Shown piece by piece: positions 26,701-40,781 of a stretch of DNA of 64,000 bases (positions are counted from its first letter, which is position 1; each line of letters starts with the position of its first letter). This stretch comes from Balanoglossus misakiensis. Taxonomy: Eukaryota > Animalia > Hemichordata. Made by a program: the position numbers and the translations under genes. Below the pieces are notes generated by a model. It searched no databases. It saw only the letters and a list, made by a program, of their open reading frames with translations, and had not been told where the DNA came from. The stretch covers positions 7,790,390-7,854,389 of the forward strand of contig CM082580.2 in assembly GCA_040954595.2 (NCBI GenBank), read 5' to 3'.

Positions 26701-29700
26701 TCTAAAAGACCAAACATTGCATCCCTGGAGTTCGTTCGTTTCGTAACAGGGAAAAAAATTGAATACCCCCTCATCAGGGATTTTCATTTCATTTTCTTTC
26801 AATTGAAGAGAGATGTTTTATTTTTAAATTGAGCTCTTCAGGTGCATGTTGGTCGGTGTTACATTCAAACCCCATTGTATACTGGTGTGTGTTATCCTCC
26901 CGTTGTCATGCCGACGATGGCAAATATCATCGCTTGTTGTCGGCGGCAGACGATGAATCGTGTAGGCATTTCCATGGCAACCAGGGTAAACTGTGCAATG
27001 GCTGCTCTATTAAGGATTTACGGTTTTGTCCTTTGAAATAAGTGGCTTGTCCTCAGAAAACAACCCAACCAAAGCATTTGATATTTAAGAAGTAGCGCAG
27101 CTACACATATATTTTAATGTATTGTTGTGAGATTACTTGAAGGGCTGGGATTCATATTTTACCCTTTCACCCCCAGTTCCCTCCACAGAGGTCCAACTAT
27201 TCCGTAGAAAGCAATGTATTCGGGCTAAACCATGGTGGTGAAAGGGTTAAGACTACTACATGTTTTTTTACAACTCTGTTCTCGTTTTTTGCAGTACCCA
27301 ATTTCATGTGCCTTAAATCTTGCCATACCTGAAGACAAAGTAATAAAGAACGTACAGAAGCAGACAGCCAAGCATCCTAGTCAGATGAAGGAAGGCGGAC
27401 AGAGTGACGAGGCTGATACGTCAAGAACTGCAGTAAGTATATTAAAGCTTGAAGTGTGAACAGGCTTTCGCCATTTGCAGACATCAAAGTCCACACCCAC
27501 CCACCACCCACGCGCGCGCAAGTACACACAAATGCACATTCAGGACTGAAATTCAATCTCAACAATAACACTGCCAAAAGCATGCATACAAGGTTTGTAG
27601 ATAAGCTGCAAACTGGGCATGCTTCAGGGAGTCAAAAAATAAAATAAAATAAAAATACTGCGCAAATAGAAAAAATGTTAAAGGTGGTGGACCTTTTGTG
27701 CAGAAAAAAAATGATTTTAGACCGTAGCTGATTTCTTGTGTACTGGTAAATGTCAGGTGTATTATACAAGGTGTTGACAGACTTCTGAGAAATATAGGGC
27801 CCCGGAAGGAAATTGGTTTGTGTCAGACATCATGGCTGCCTTGAGAAATTAGCTAGCCGTCGCGTGGTTTTATGTATAGTGATGTACCTCAACACTTTGT
27901 TCAGCGATGCACTGAAAATGCACTCTACCACCAGAATATTGTATGTACACTTAACGCTAAAAGCTGAAGGTAATCAGGCACTTGGATCAATTTGTGTCTT
28001 GACATCAATAATAGCGAGTTCTGTCCCGTAGCTGAAGTCGTCATAAATTGAGCTGAAAAGCCGTAAATTGGCAGCTACTAAGGCGACGTTTGTTGGGCGT
28101 GTAAAAATAGCACAAAAGAGGGTTTTCGTCCGCCACACTGTGCACTGCGATTAACGAGTGTGAAAACTCCGCAGCGTCACTAGAAGGTACTTGTACATGG
28201 GGGAATGGAAGGACAGAGTGGATTTGGGAGAGTTGTGTGCTACAAGACGATGGGATTTGAGGATTAGTGCCGCCGCCATTAGCTCGTCACAAGACGAATG
28301 CATTCTCAGGGTGCACGCACTCTCCTCAGTACATGTAAACTCATACAGAGCATTGTCAACAATGAATCTTCCTCAGACGTTTAAAGCTCAACTTTACCTC
28401 GGGAAAAAAACACCCAAAAATAAATAAATGAGGGAGTTGACATAAATACTTGGATTAAAAGATTAGAACCAGATCACATGAACAGCACTGATGGCTGTTT
28501 CTCTTCATGTGGCAATCATTTTCTCATTTATAGTAAAGCCACTCTTTGATATTTCATGTACATGTACTTCAGTCCATTGATTTCCCTAGAAAGTTAATGA
28601 TTTGATCGTAGACAAGACGAGATTGATTAGAATAGGCTTGTGTACTGCAGATTTATATTTTGGGGAGCATTACATATTTTGCGATGATAAACATAATTTA
28701 AAATTCAAGTATTTTCCCTGAGATTGTTGTGTGCTTCGAAGCTACTGTGTTTTTTTCTCATTTTGGCAAAATTCTGATTTTTTTTCCACCTAAAGTAAAC
28801 ATTTCAAGCCTGGTTGAATTGTCAAGCAGCAGATTAAAAGATAAACAGGATTCTTAAATGCGGGAATTAAACGGATGTGCGTCTCTCATCAGAGGGAGGC
28901 AGCAGGTGTTGGTAATTGCTACATTCAGAGTGTGTCGATGGAGAGGAGCTCTGGGATTGTGTGTGAATCACTGGTTGTTGAGAGTGCTTGGGTGTATGGT
29001 CACTGTAATATTGATCTTAAACTGTTAGCAACCATGATGATGATGATGATGATGATAACGACGATGATGATGATGATGATAACGACGATGACGATGATGA
29101 TGATGATGACGACGGTGATGATGTGGAGGAGGAAGAGTAGGAAGATGATGCCATGGACACGATTAACTTTCATCCTGAAAGTAATAACTGACAAATAAAA
29201 GAGACTTTGAAAAGAGAGGAAGGAAGAAATTTGAAGGAAGGATTTTTTTTCTCTAAACAGCAGTGCATTGGGGTCGTGGAAAGAAAGATAACCCAGAGGC
29301 TAACAGTGAATTTGTCATTATCTAATCATGCAGGAAAGCCAGTTGCATTGTGTCGGTATGATATTTCAAGTAAAGTGTAGAAACTGAATTTCTTGTTAAT
29401 GGTGCGGGTATCCTATTACATCCCTGTTAGTCCCAGCATATGAAGTTTTGAATGAGGACTTCTCTGTTGGGGTCCGTCTGTGTATCTCTTTGTGTTTGTC
29501 TGCTCTGATACACGATGATCTGAATGAGTTCCATCTCCTTTCTACCCGTATCCTCTTTCTGACAATCTATCTCTGCCTATCTGTCTGTCCAGGCTGGTTT
29601 ATCTGTCTGTCTGTCTTCCTGCTTGTCCTTAGAGCTTCTTTACTTGATAATCCTTCCAAGTGTGGAACTTGTGACTTCCAGATGGATGTCAAGTAGATTT

Positions 29701-32700
29701 GTGATGCAATCCAATATGGCTGCTGTTCAGCCATTTTGTTTGTGATGTTTAGAACAACCTGTCTATATACAACCAACTTCTACATACTTCTGTTGTTTTG
29801 GGTGATTTTTCAATGGATAAATTCAAATTGAAATTGCTTTCTGTGAATTAACACACAAACAAAAACAGTTGATACAATTTTTATGCGAAAATATGACAGC
29901 TCTCGTTGTGTGTCCATGTATGATTGTTCTTAGCGGAGACTGTGTCATTGATGACGACTTTTATTGAGTACAGCAGAATATTTCATTGCAGAATTGATTG
30001 AAGATTGGATAAAAAGGGACTATTGAATTCTTCGCATAGAAGCTTCATGCTCACGACTCTTGGGCATCGGGAGCCAGGATTTTTTAGACCATGATGAACT
30101 GAATTATTAGCTTAGCAACGGCGTAGACAGTTCTGAGGCACGTACTGCATATGAAACGGTACATTCTGGACATTTTTCCTGCTAAACAAACCCTCCTTGT
30201 ATTGAGAATACTCTGATATGGCAGTTTGTTTTGGAATTATTCTTGGGAATGCGTGTTTCACCAGTGAACATTTCTGACTGCTCATATAGAGAGCAGCGGT
30301 GTTCGATACCGTGACGTTGCCGTGAGAGACTGAGGCAGCTGCCCATAGCAACGCACTGTGTACTGTTGCATGTGTACGTCGTATAAGCACACACAAGGCA
30401 CAGTCCCTTTTGTTATGCTGCAGATCGTTACTGTTCCATTCTGATGGCTTTTCAGCGCTGAAGTATCATACTTGACAAATTGATACGAAAAATGAGTTAA
30501 TAAGTGCAAGGTCGGCCATTTTCCTGGAATATCTATCAATCATGGGTAAATGCCTGAAAAGCAAGCTTCAGGCTTATGCACCGAGTCTACACACGTCAGG
30601 GGTTGTCCTTTATTAGAACTTAGTTTGCCTGCTTCATATTTAGGCCAGATTTTCTGTCCCATTGTATGGTTGAGATTGAGTTTTTACACTCGTAGTACAA
30701 CAGAGATGTGTCATGGCCGTTCCTCATGAAATTGAGATTGCAGATAAGAGAATACTTAGAAAAAGCACATACATTGTACATGCAAGTTGTCCCCAATCTC
30801 AGCGTTCAAGCCCTTGGATCAATCACTCAACCCATTTAGCACAAGTCAAGGCCCCTGTTTTTTTACTTTCAACGCAAAAAGTCCTGAGCTGAATAGTCTT
30901 GTGTCACAACTTGCCTCATCAGTGCCCCAGCTATGTCTTACCTGTGCTAAGATTTAGACAAGATAGCTTAGAAAGACTGATCAGATGTGTCCCAGACAGT
31001 CTTATCTTGGTCCATAGGGGGATGGTCGGCAGCCAGCTTATCTCTCTTGTGCAAGAGACTGTTGTAACACTAACAGTGAAGTGGACTGAGTAATAATAAT
31101 AAATAGCCCTTCATTATCAGTTTCAAGGCTGCAATTATGATAGCAATGTTTGTGATCATAGTAATATTTGTACATGACATGATATGGAATAGGTATACAA
31201 TGTAGTAGCATTATAGTAATATTTGTACATGATATGGGCTACCTATACCTACAGTAGCGATAAGTGGTAGAATGTATAGGCTGTACATGTATTGTAATGC
31301 TTGGTTGAGGTGCAAATTATATAGGTGTACTGGCAATGGTTGTGTACACGCTGGCTCATGGGCAATCATTGAAACGCACACACTGTCGAATTATTTATGA
31401 TGTGAAGTAATGGAAATGGTGACAGCATTGGTAAACATTAAATCTGTGTCATGCGTTGGAGAATTGTGCGTCATTCAACGTAGTTTATTGAGGACGTGTA
31501 CTGTAATGGATTTGTTGAGCTCTTGGTGAAAGTCTCTCTCACTACTGCAGTTAAGTAGAGTGTGTACAGTTTCCATTGAGTACTTTTCTGTTATTGAGAA
31601 TGAGCAATATTGGTGATTTAATCATTATTTTGCATCATGAAAGTTTGAGCTCTACTGAATTTACTATTTTCCTGTCTTTGACTGTGTTGTTAAACTAATC
31701 ATAATAATGGGAGTGACACAAAGACATATGAATATTTGTGGCTCACTGTAGAAATATTTCATGTATATTCTCTGTAATTTTGTGAAATGTCTGTAAGCCA
31801 ACCCTGTGTCCTCACATCACCTTGAAGTGGAAAAATTACTGCTTGCATCATAGACGTTTATCACACGTCAAATGTGCCCAATACCAACACCATGTGAAGT
31901 TTGTTCCCAGTCTAACATCATATTCAGGCATTTCCTTCATCCTTTCTTAATGCACTCAGATTTTAGTCTAGAGAATATTCCTCATTACTAAAAGGAAGAG
32001 TCTGACATAACGTATGCTTGTTCACATCTTCCGACAGAAACGTACTTCACTCTACGAGATGAGCGTCAAGACGTATCTGGACTACTTCAACAAAACACAG
32101 AGACTCGTAACTGTAGACGTGTCGTGCGCCATTCCCGACCTCATCTGGCAGAAGGTCAATAGCTTCTTCAGCGACAGTCTCGAGTTCAGTCCGACCAAAA
32201 CCGCCAACACAGTCATTTTGTTCGGCTTCGGTGAGTACGACATGAGTGATCGACACGATATGTTAATTGTGCCAGTGTGAGCAAGTTTATATTGAAATCA
32301 CTTGCCGAGTCCAAGCTTCAAGGCAATTTGCAGTTTCTTCGTTCGCATTACAGCTGTTTTATTCCGTGTGTGCATTTTTAGTAATTAGTAAAACGGGGAA
32401 TTTTCGCTACAGGACATTTTCACTATATCAAAATAGGCAACTGTATGAAACTATTGATTTTCATGTTCTCATATTTCACTGCATCATTATCCCCTGAAAA
32501 TGTTTTTATGCAACTTTTTTATTTTCACGTTTTGGGGCTCTTGTGTAGTTCGTGAAAATTTATCGTTTAGCGAAAATTTCCTGTTTTACAGAAATTAGTA
32601 ACAGTGACCATCTGTGTGAGACTCTATTATATATGCAACACCATGACCGTAGATTCGCGTCTGTGTGGACACTGGGTGACTGTATCGCTTAGTTTGCACA

Positions 32701-34854
32701 TCAATCAAGGAATGGAAAGGCCAAAAGGGATTTTTTGAAAAACTATCCCAATTGTGCATTTTAACTAGACATCAGTGGCGTGTAGGCTTTGGGGAGAGTT
32801 CTTGGTCAGTGATGGTTGGGTTTCTGTTCTGTCTTGACAGATGAGGATGCCTTTGTTGGACTCGACATGGCGAGATACTCCATGGCGATGATATCACTGT
32901 CGTCGCTTGTGGATGATCCCGAGGAACCTGCGGTTAGTTCATCGTCTCTTTTTCTCAGTAGATTTATCTTTTCATGATTTAGTTTTAATTTTTTTTTTAC
33001 CTGTGCATCAACCACAGTGTTTTGTCCTCCCTCAAGAGTGTTGAAATGTCACCAATTGTTCAGTTTATCAACATGTGTGACGCACATACATGTATATTGT
33101 TACTAGCACTTGAATTTTTCAGGCAACTTGTGAGGTTTTCTTGGCTGTTATTCAAAATTCTAAAAAAAAATTACTATTTTCATACAAAGTGTTCCCTTCG
33201 TCATGGTCTTAGAGATGACAGCGCATCAAAAATGAAGAAGACCTTGAAAGCATGTTGCTTATCTTTGAAAACGTGTGCTAACAGAGTGTATTACAACTTC
33301 CTGTCTTTAATTGGCAGTCTCTCACCCAGTATGGCATTTTGACGGGTTTCCTTGTCAAAGAGTAGCTCGAAAACAGACAGTTGGAAGCCCACCAAATGAA
33401 CATAATTATGTCCTCAAAAACTGTCTCAGGATTTTTCTGACGTTCTCGGAATTTAATTATTGCAATTGAAACGAATGGCCTTATGGTGAAAGTGATCATT
33501 TAACATTTAATCAGCAATGGAAAACAATGTTCTCACAATTAATATGATTTCTATTTCGTGGGATTCGATTTTGACTTTTGACTGTTTTTTTTTAACCAGC
33601 AGGAATCACTCTTGTCCGCGTTGTGTAAACATGTGGACAACACCAAGGCCACAGCAGAGAGCTTTGCAGTCAATGCGGTGGGCACCTCACTCTGTAGCTG
33701 GTCTTTTGACAAAGTAAGTCGCTATGAGGTATTCTCACATTAGGCTAAGTGAAAACAAGAAACTACCGGCACAGGTGGTCAAGTTCTGAGGACAAGACTA
33801 ATGACATGTCTTTGCAATATGTCTGACGATTTGAAATGGCGTTGGTTTTTTAAATGATGACCGAGACGCATACCGACAGCTCATGTCAGGAAGTACAAAC
33901 TCTGGTAAAAAAAATTGCTGGTGGCTGTTCATGCATCAATTGCTTGCTACCCATTCTGTGCCCACTGTGCATAAAAATGCTTTAGAGATAACAGTGATGG
34001 GTCCCCCTCCACGCAATTTACAGTTCTTCGTGAGTTGAAGAGTGACTGACATTGCCAAATTTCCCATGAGTTTCAAACAGAAGCAGTCATTTCTGTCATT
34101 TTGAGGTAATGACGTCAGTAGAAACAGTAAATTGGCTCACTCTAACATATGATGGCGTAATCTAGACCGTTTTACTCAAACAAGAACTGTCTGCAAATCA
34201 TTATGAAATACACGCTCCATTTTATTCAAACTCTCCCCCACCCCTCTTCCCTAGAAAACTATTTTCTGGTGCCGACACTCTGCCATGGCCTTTTCTAGTA
34301 AACCATATTCTATGACCTAATTTTCCCCAGCATAATTTCTATCCAAGGAAACTTTACAGAACAAATGTCACCACTTAAGAAAAAGTGCCAGAAGTCTTTT
34401 CTATAAAAGGGATTACTTTTTGTGTGTGCCAAGAAGCGATCTAATGATTTTTTGTGGCATCAAAGAGTGAATGTGAATTTTTTATGCCAGTTGCCATGAG
34501 TATCTATATTGTAATCAATTTTATTCATTTGGACTGTTCAAAATTTTGATTATTTTTCTGGTTGAATGAAAACTCATTTGGGGTATCTCTTTTTTTCTTC
34601 TGTTCTCCCAGTTCCAAAAGAAATCGATAATGTTTCTGGAAATGACAGACACTTACCTTGACCAGTACATCGTGATCAGGGACACGAAGAAACAGATCGA
34701 GAGAACGCGGAAGACTAGCCTGTTCACCAGGCCGTTCAAAGCAGTGTGTACGACCAACAGCGAGATTTGCCTCTTTCCAGTGGATACGGACACCGAGCTC
34801 TGCAAGCAGATCGCATCGTTCATGATCACTGCGAGAGAGAATGGAATTGCGTAA
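17708..34854 (+). CDS. Adenylate-kinase-like (AK5/UMP-CMP kinase fold) protein with degenerate catalytic motifs, ~418 aa; exons 17708-17849, 24544-24704, 25956-26129, 27295-27432, 32038-32230, 32841-32932, 33600/33603-33713, 34612-34854
   Basis: HIIFVF|GGPGSKKGRIVDDLILVYGFKLL resembles the AK IIFV.GGPGSGKGT..YG start; eight exons with canonical splice sites stay in frame; N-terminal MGCGGS. Confidence 0.75.
19896..20994. mobile_element. PIF/Harbinger-like non-autonomous element in intron 1 of the AK-like gene
   Basis: ~45-bp TIR GGGACTGTCCAGAATTTACTTCCAGGG..GGCTGGAGGATTTTC with its inverse at the right end; TAA on both flanks (19893-95, 20995-97); no transposase ORF. Confidence 0.85.
23517..23530. 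promoter_or_regulatory. RFX X-box consensus site
   Basis: GTCGCCATGGTAAC matches GTNRCC-AT-RGYAAC. Confidence 0.5.
27162..27246 (-). mobile_element. 85-bp piggyBac-like MITE (inverted relative to the 38956 copy)
   Basis: CCCTTTCACC...GGTGAAAGGG termini, TTAA on the right flank. Confidence 0.8.
29033..29123. repeat. (ATG/ACG)n trinucleotide tract, intronic
   Basis: atgatgatg..acgacgatg.. seen directly; the poly-Met ORF is an artefact. Confidence 0.9.
32386..32591. mobile_element. ~200-bp MITE with imperfect ~23-bp TIRs
   Basis: Left gtaaaacggggaattttcgcta versus right tagcgaaaatttcctgttttac. Confidence 0.6.
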
Positions 34855-37800
34855 GGTGTACTTAATATTGATGTGATGTCCTTGCCAAAATGTGTGGGTT
34901 TTTTATTTTAGAACGATGAAGTGAAAAATTGCAACATCATTGAGAGGTACATGTACGGTACTATCATGTGATAGTTTATCTCTGTTTTGTTTAATCCTGG
35001 CAGAATTGTGAGTTGTTCTGTTTGAACTCTCGCAGGCACGAGCACACGTAACGCACACAGACGCATGATTACTTGGGAATCTGCGCAAGTTGTGCTTTGT
35101 TTTACCACTTTGCCACCATGGTTTGGTCCAGCTCCATTATTTTCAATGGAAAACTTGGACCTCAGTATGTGTAAGTAGGGGTGGAAGGGACGAGTACCCA
35201 CGTGGAAGAAGGGACTTTCACTCGGGTATACTGTCAGGGCTAACTTTTAATCTTCATGCAGTACGTGTTGCGATGTGCTTTTATTTTAATTATGTACCAC
35301 GGTCCTTCACAAATAGGAAATCAGCACATTTCTGGCAAGGACAGAACGTTGGTTCCGTCCAGATACTTCAACTTTGACTCCACGTCAAGAAACCGTCGGG
35401 AAGAGATGGACTTAGGGGGAAGAGGGTAGGCTGACAGCAATGGTCTTGTAAAATCTTAAAGATTGTTAGGCCATTCGTCTCTGTACGTTGATTATATCCG
35501 CCTTGAGTGGAAGAATTAACCTTGATACTTCGAGTCTTCAAGTTATGCAAGTTGAATTCTTTATTTGTTCTTTAATCTTTTTTCATTCATGCTTCCAATA
35601 CCGGGAAGTACGGTAGGATTGTACATAATGTATTCGGTTTGTAAATATTGCAGCTTTTTTTTATAAAGAAGAAAAAAAGACACCATTTAAAATCTTCAAA
35701 ATACATTCATAGAATTTTTACATGTACTTTACGAAACAGGGTTAGTGGATGTTTACTTAACAATTTTCATGTACATGTTATATTACCTGTGATAAATATT
35801 CCATGTTTGTTTGTTTGTTGTTAATGTCACCGTTGCCATGCCAATCAGCCAGCAAGCCACCAATGAAAAGAAAGCACACTTTTACAAATAACTTTTATTG
35901 TAACTGAAATTTTAGAAGTAGGAAACATGCACAGAGAATTGAAATTTGAGAAGTTAAGGATAGGACTTGCAAAACAGATGCTTTCAGGCACTGTAACTTT
36001 CTGTCAATCATCATAATCCTAAACCTTTAAAAGCATTTATTTAAAGCCAAGATATAGAGGAACCTGATCACGCACAGTGCTAAACTATTAATTATACAGT
36101 GGTCATGTGACGTGTTATATTTCGCCGACCTACAAAAAAATACATTTTTACCCCTAAATCTCTGCATGGTTTCTGGTTGAAATCGTGCATTTGACATATT
36201 TTGGCGCATCCTTCAAAACCACGGCTGGGATTTTCTTAATGTGCTGTTGTGTTTTTTGTGTGATGCATTGTTCAAGGCATCAGAATAGGGTGCATGTTTC
36301 AGTAAGAAGAAGTTAGAACATCATGAAAGTCGATAGGAAGGCCAAAGGGAAAATCACACAGTCATGGTTCTGAAGGATGTCACATGAGTATTTTCGAAGC
36401 CCTGCAAAAACGCATGTCACATAACTGCTGTGTAAAATATGGTTGTGTACTGCACACTATATAGAGTTTCCTCTATATAGGGCTTTATACAACTGTACAT
36501 ACTTTTGGGGCTTTGGGACTTTGGAAATTGACAAAAACAACTCGAATTCCTGACAGTGCCTGTTTTGTGCGTCACACCCTGAACTCAATAGTCTTTGAAA
36601 CCAAAGCAATAAAAATGAGATTTTGAAAAGAAATTATTTTAAAGTTACACAATGTATAGTTAACTATTTTGAATGTTGATGTTAAATTGTATTATATTTT
36701 TGTTACCACTGTAATTTAAATAGGTGGAATCACAATTTTAGTGTTCTGGAAAGTTACAGGTACATGTATATTGTCTGTGATGTGGGTTGAGTAGCCAGAG
36801 TTCTGGGGAAATTCAAATGTGAGCTGCTTGTTGACATTTCCAGCTTTAAGGAGAATATTTACCAAGACATACAAATGCAAATATTCAGCGACTGCATAAA
36901 CTTAAAGAAAAGTGAGTCTCATGGATGGAGAACACATTCGATTCATGTTGTCTTCAAAGCTGCTTCTCTTCTCATCGCCGACCTGGCCACGCCCACGGTT
37001 TCCTAGGCAACTGCAAACTCAGTACTAGCAGGGCTACCAAATCGTCTTGTATTCTGTATGTCTTTATTTTGCCTTCACCTTGGCTCCTGCTAGATAATGC
37101 AATTTTTAAATAGATTTTTCAGTGGTGTTGCCTGTAGCTGTGGAAACAACGTATAATATCAGAGTAACGCTCTCATTATAAATTTGATCACAAAGGGGAC
37201 TGCAACTATTTTTTTTTTCAGATTTATTTTTTTGTTTACTCAAATACATGTATCTCGAAAGACATAGCTACGATAAATAACATTTTCTATTCTAAACATT
37301 CACATCAAGGTGACAGAAGGATAAAACTAGTAAAAATAATGAGTATACTACCGGTACAAAGATTGTTAAAATCTGCATGAATACTTGAAATATACAAAAG
37401 CTATAATATCAGATCAATTGGTTTTATCAATAGCTTGGCAAGCATCCTGTGTACGTCTATGGTGGCAACGGTTGTTGTGAAACAGATGGATTTTGTGATC
37501 ACAAAAGCTCACAAATCGAACTACAATGGTAATAGCTATGGCTGAGTGTGTTTTCCACAGTGGCAATGACAGAGAGTCTTTCTAATTTACTGCTGATGTG
37601 TGCCCTGTGCGCAATGTCATTGTAAATTTATCGGGCGGGCACAGTCGCATCCGTGTTGTGTGTGTTTCTGACGCACATCTTTTAGCGTTGTGTACATCTG
37701 ACGGAAGCCTTACCATCAGATCTCCACTCTGCGCTGAAATGGAAGACAGATTCTATCTGTTTTTGATTTGTCTAATTTTAGTGTCAGGACATTTGATGGC

Positions 37801-38955
37801 AGCGTGATAAATAGAGGCTTCTCTTTGTGGTTGTATTTTTTTTAATCTATCGATATTCCGCAGCTGTCTGCGCAAATATGATTTGCGACTGCGATAAACT
37901 TGTGGAAGGATATTTCAAAGCGTTGACTGGCATGCCATGTACTTTCTGTTTGATCGTGCCAACGTCCTTTCGTAATCAGTTCATCCAGCTCCTGGCTTGA
38001 TTTCAGTTCATTTCATAGGATCGCAAATAACTCCTGCAACATGCAGCTCGAATTTCCCCCCCACTCTGGTCGCTCTGAAGTAGAAATCGTACGTCTTTGT
38101 GATATCTGTGTATGGGATGAATCACGCGGTATATATTAGCAGAGACGTATGTTTCGCTGTCATTATATGCACGTATTAATACCATTACCAAGGGCATTTT
38201 TTTTTGTCACTTTGGGGAAATGAATAATGTAATCATGTCCGTTGGTTGCCATGGCAAAGATTATGCGGTATTGTCTGTTAATGTTGATATTGTCAGGGGC
38301 TGTGCAATGGTATAACCCACACAGTGATTGGCATCCTCTGTTCCTTGGTTTGTGCTCCAATGTTGCCGTGGCAACCGCTGAAGTTGTTTGCATAACACAC
38401 CATCTTTTTTTCTTTCTCTCTCAATCTTTTTAAACGGGTACCGGGCGTCAATCAACATTGTTTGTTGTCGTGCAAGGAGCCTGATCCCACCTTTCCGTAT
38501 TCCGTCAGAAAATGACTTTGGCATAGCGCAATGAAACGCCATTAATTGACAATGTCATCGCAGCGACAATCTCGCTAATATTGAAAGCAGTTACTGTTGA
38601 CGTATATATTGCTATAATAACTGTTTTGTTCAAACAGCATTTTTCTTTCTATGTTTGCCCTTGGCTAATTTGCAGTGACAGAATACGGTAGTTCTGCAAA
38701 AGGTCACAGATTTATGCCTCAAACCGTATTGAAGAATACGGTCAGCACAAACTAAATTTCCTGAAGTTTCTTCTTCAATAGCTTAAAAAAAGAAACCCCA
38801 CAAAAAAAAAAGCCAACACACAGATAGCATCTGTCGAGAAAATATTCTACAAGTAGTGAGTGATGTTGATTAACAGATTGGAAGTGTCTTTTCAGACATG
38901 GTCACCTGATCGGAGACCATCTGTCATGAGATAAATCAGAGTAAGATTTGTTTAA

Positions 38956-39040
38956 CCCTTTCACCACCATGGTTCAGTCCAACCCCATTGTTTCCTATGG
39001 TAAAGTTGGACCTCTAAAGAGGGAATTGGGGGTGAAAGGG
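38956..39040 (+). mobile_element. 85-bp piggyBac-like MITE with intact TTAA target duplication
   Basis: TTAA|CCCTTTCACC...GGTGAAAGGG|TTAA. Confidence 0.88.
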
Positions 39041-40529
39041 TTAAAGAGTCACTTTATTCACCAGTGTGTATGCTACTAGCTTTCCAGCACCAGATATTTA
39101 CAGAAGCAAGTTTCTGTGACACATCAGCTGTGATGGCTGTGTGCCTCAGATTTGATCCAGTGTTGTGTTATAATTTGTACTTGCTAGGATAGGTTTTTAC
39201 AGCATTGTGAGTGTTGCCTTTTGTATCAAAAATAATACAACAAAACTAGGTATTTATTTCTGATTACAAGAGAAAGCTATACTCTGTCTTGAGTAGATTT
39301 TAATGAATGCATTTATCAGTACCAAGTGTCCTTATATAAGCTCTCTGCTGTCATCCTAGTGTAAAGCACATGTTGGTCCCCCCCCTTTTTTTCCAAAGTT
39401 TCAAGTGACTGTGGGTGGTTGTGATCATCTTTGACTTTGATAACTGTTGAGCATGTGTCATGTTATTGAAGTGCATGTTGTGTCTTCTTGTGATTTCTTC
39501 TGAGTAGGTACTTCAGCTGTACTTTGATGGTACAGCTGGACTTGTGCTAGGACTCGGTTCCGTTTAGTGTAGGGTGTACACTGATTCTAGGACAGTCGCC
39601 CCCTGGACAGGCACTGTAAATCCCAGCTGCAGCTGGGTGGGTGGGGGCGATGTCTGTGATGTGAAATGTCCAGGGGGTGTGCAGCCCAGAGATTGTCCGG
39701 CTCCGGCTGTGCCGTATGCCAGTAGCGTTCCTTCCTGATGTGGCAGTCCAGGTTGCTTTACCTGCACAATCCCATCCCCATCCCCAACCTATCCGTCTAT
39801 CGGATCTGTTTGTGTGCAGTGACACGCCCCATACAAGAAAAAAAAAAGAGTGGTGCTTTGACTAGGATGAACACAGTGAGCTGCCAAGTTGATTTACCTG
39901 CTGTATGCTTGCAGTCACCTGATTTACATATTTTGGGGGGGGATGTCGAGGCTTGGCTGGCTGATGTGGAAAGATATACAACTCTTTGAGATTTTTTTTG
40001 AAGAGAATTTGTTAAGAATTACTGTGAATTGAATTTTGAAAAGGCTGATTTGGATTTCTGTGGAAATGTGAGATTGTTTTCTTGTTACATCAATGCATGT
40101 GTGTGATCATTCGCTTGATAGCTGCAATTTTGTCATTAACTATGGTTATTTCTTGTTTACGTGTCAAATGCAAAATGATCATTTGAGGTTTTCAAAAGTG
40201 AAGGCAGAGTGTTCAGCAATTCACAATTGCTGCGGTGATCCCAACATTTGACAAACGATTTTATGACTTTTTCCAGCAATTTTGAAAGGAAATGCTTGTC
40301 AGAGACGTACAAAGATAGATTTTTTCCTCATTGGTTGTATGAAATCTTTGCTGTTCAAAAGTTGAAAGTTCAAATTCAGTGTAAATGCATTCCTTTATCT
40401 ATGCATTTCATCTCCTGTTGTATTTTTAAAAAAAAATGCCTGTTCAATTTCCTTGCAAGCTTTGCAAGCACGTGTTTATTGTGACCAAGTGTTGATTTTT
40501 GAGTTGATGTGTTACAGAGACAGTGTGTA

Positions 40530-40614
40530 CCCATTCACCACCATGGTTTGGTCCAAATCCATTGTTTTCAATAGCAACGCTGGACCTTTATACATGGGAT
40601 TGGGGGTGAAAGGG
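40530..40614 (+). mobile_element. 85-bp piggyBac-like MITE copy
   Basis: cccattcaccaccatggtttggtccaaatccattg...gggggtgaaaggg|ttaa. Confidence 0.8.
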
Positions 40615-40618
40615 TTAA

Positions 40619-40781
40619 AGGGGCAGTGCCTTTTGATGAGTACTTTACTATTCAGTGATGTATAGGCTGTGATAACAAGCTTAATACTCAACTCGTCACT
40701 GATCATTCCTTAAGAAGTAGATCAAGAAACTGGTGTGGATATATAGAATAAAAGATACTGAAAATATCCGCTATTGCCCCT
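40619..40781. mobile_element. Kolobok-like MITE with TTAA duplication, abutting the previous MITE
   Basis: TTAA|AGGGGCAGT...ATTGCCCCT|TTAA. Confidence 0.6.

Noticed and set aside
26716-26785. Hammerhead-ribozyme-like CTGATGAG...CGAAAC on the minus strand
   Set aside because: Stem III and the NUH cleavage triplet cannot be formed and stem II is poorly paired; more likely chance or a decayed inverted repeat
28875-29198. Poly-Met and poly-Ile ORFs
   Set aside because: Artefacts of the (ATG)n microsatellite
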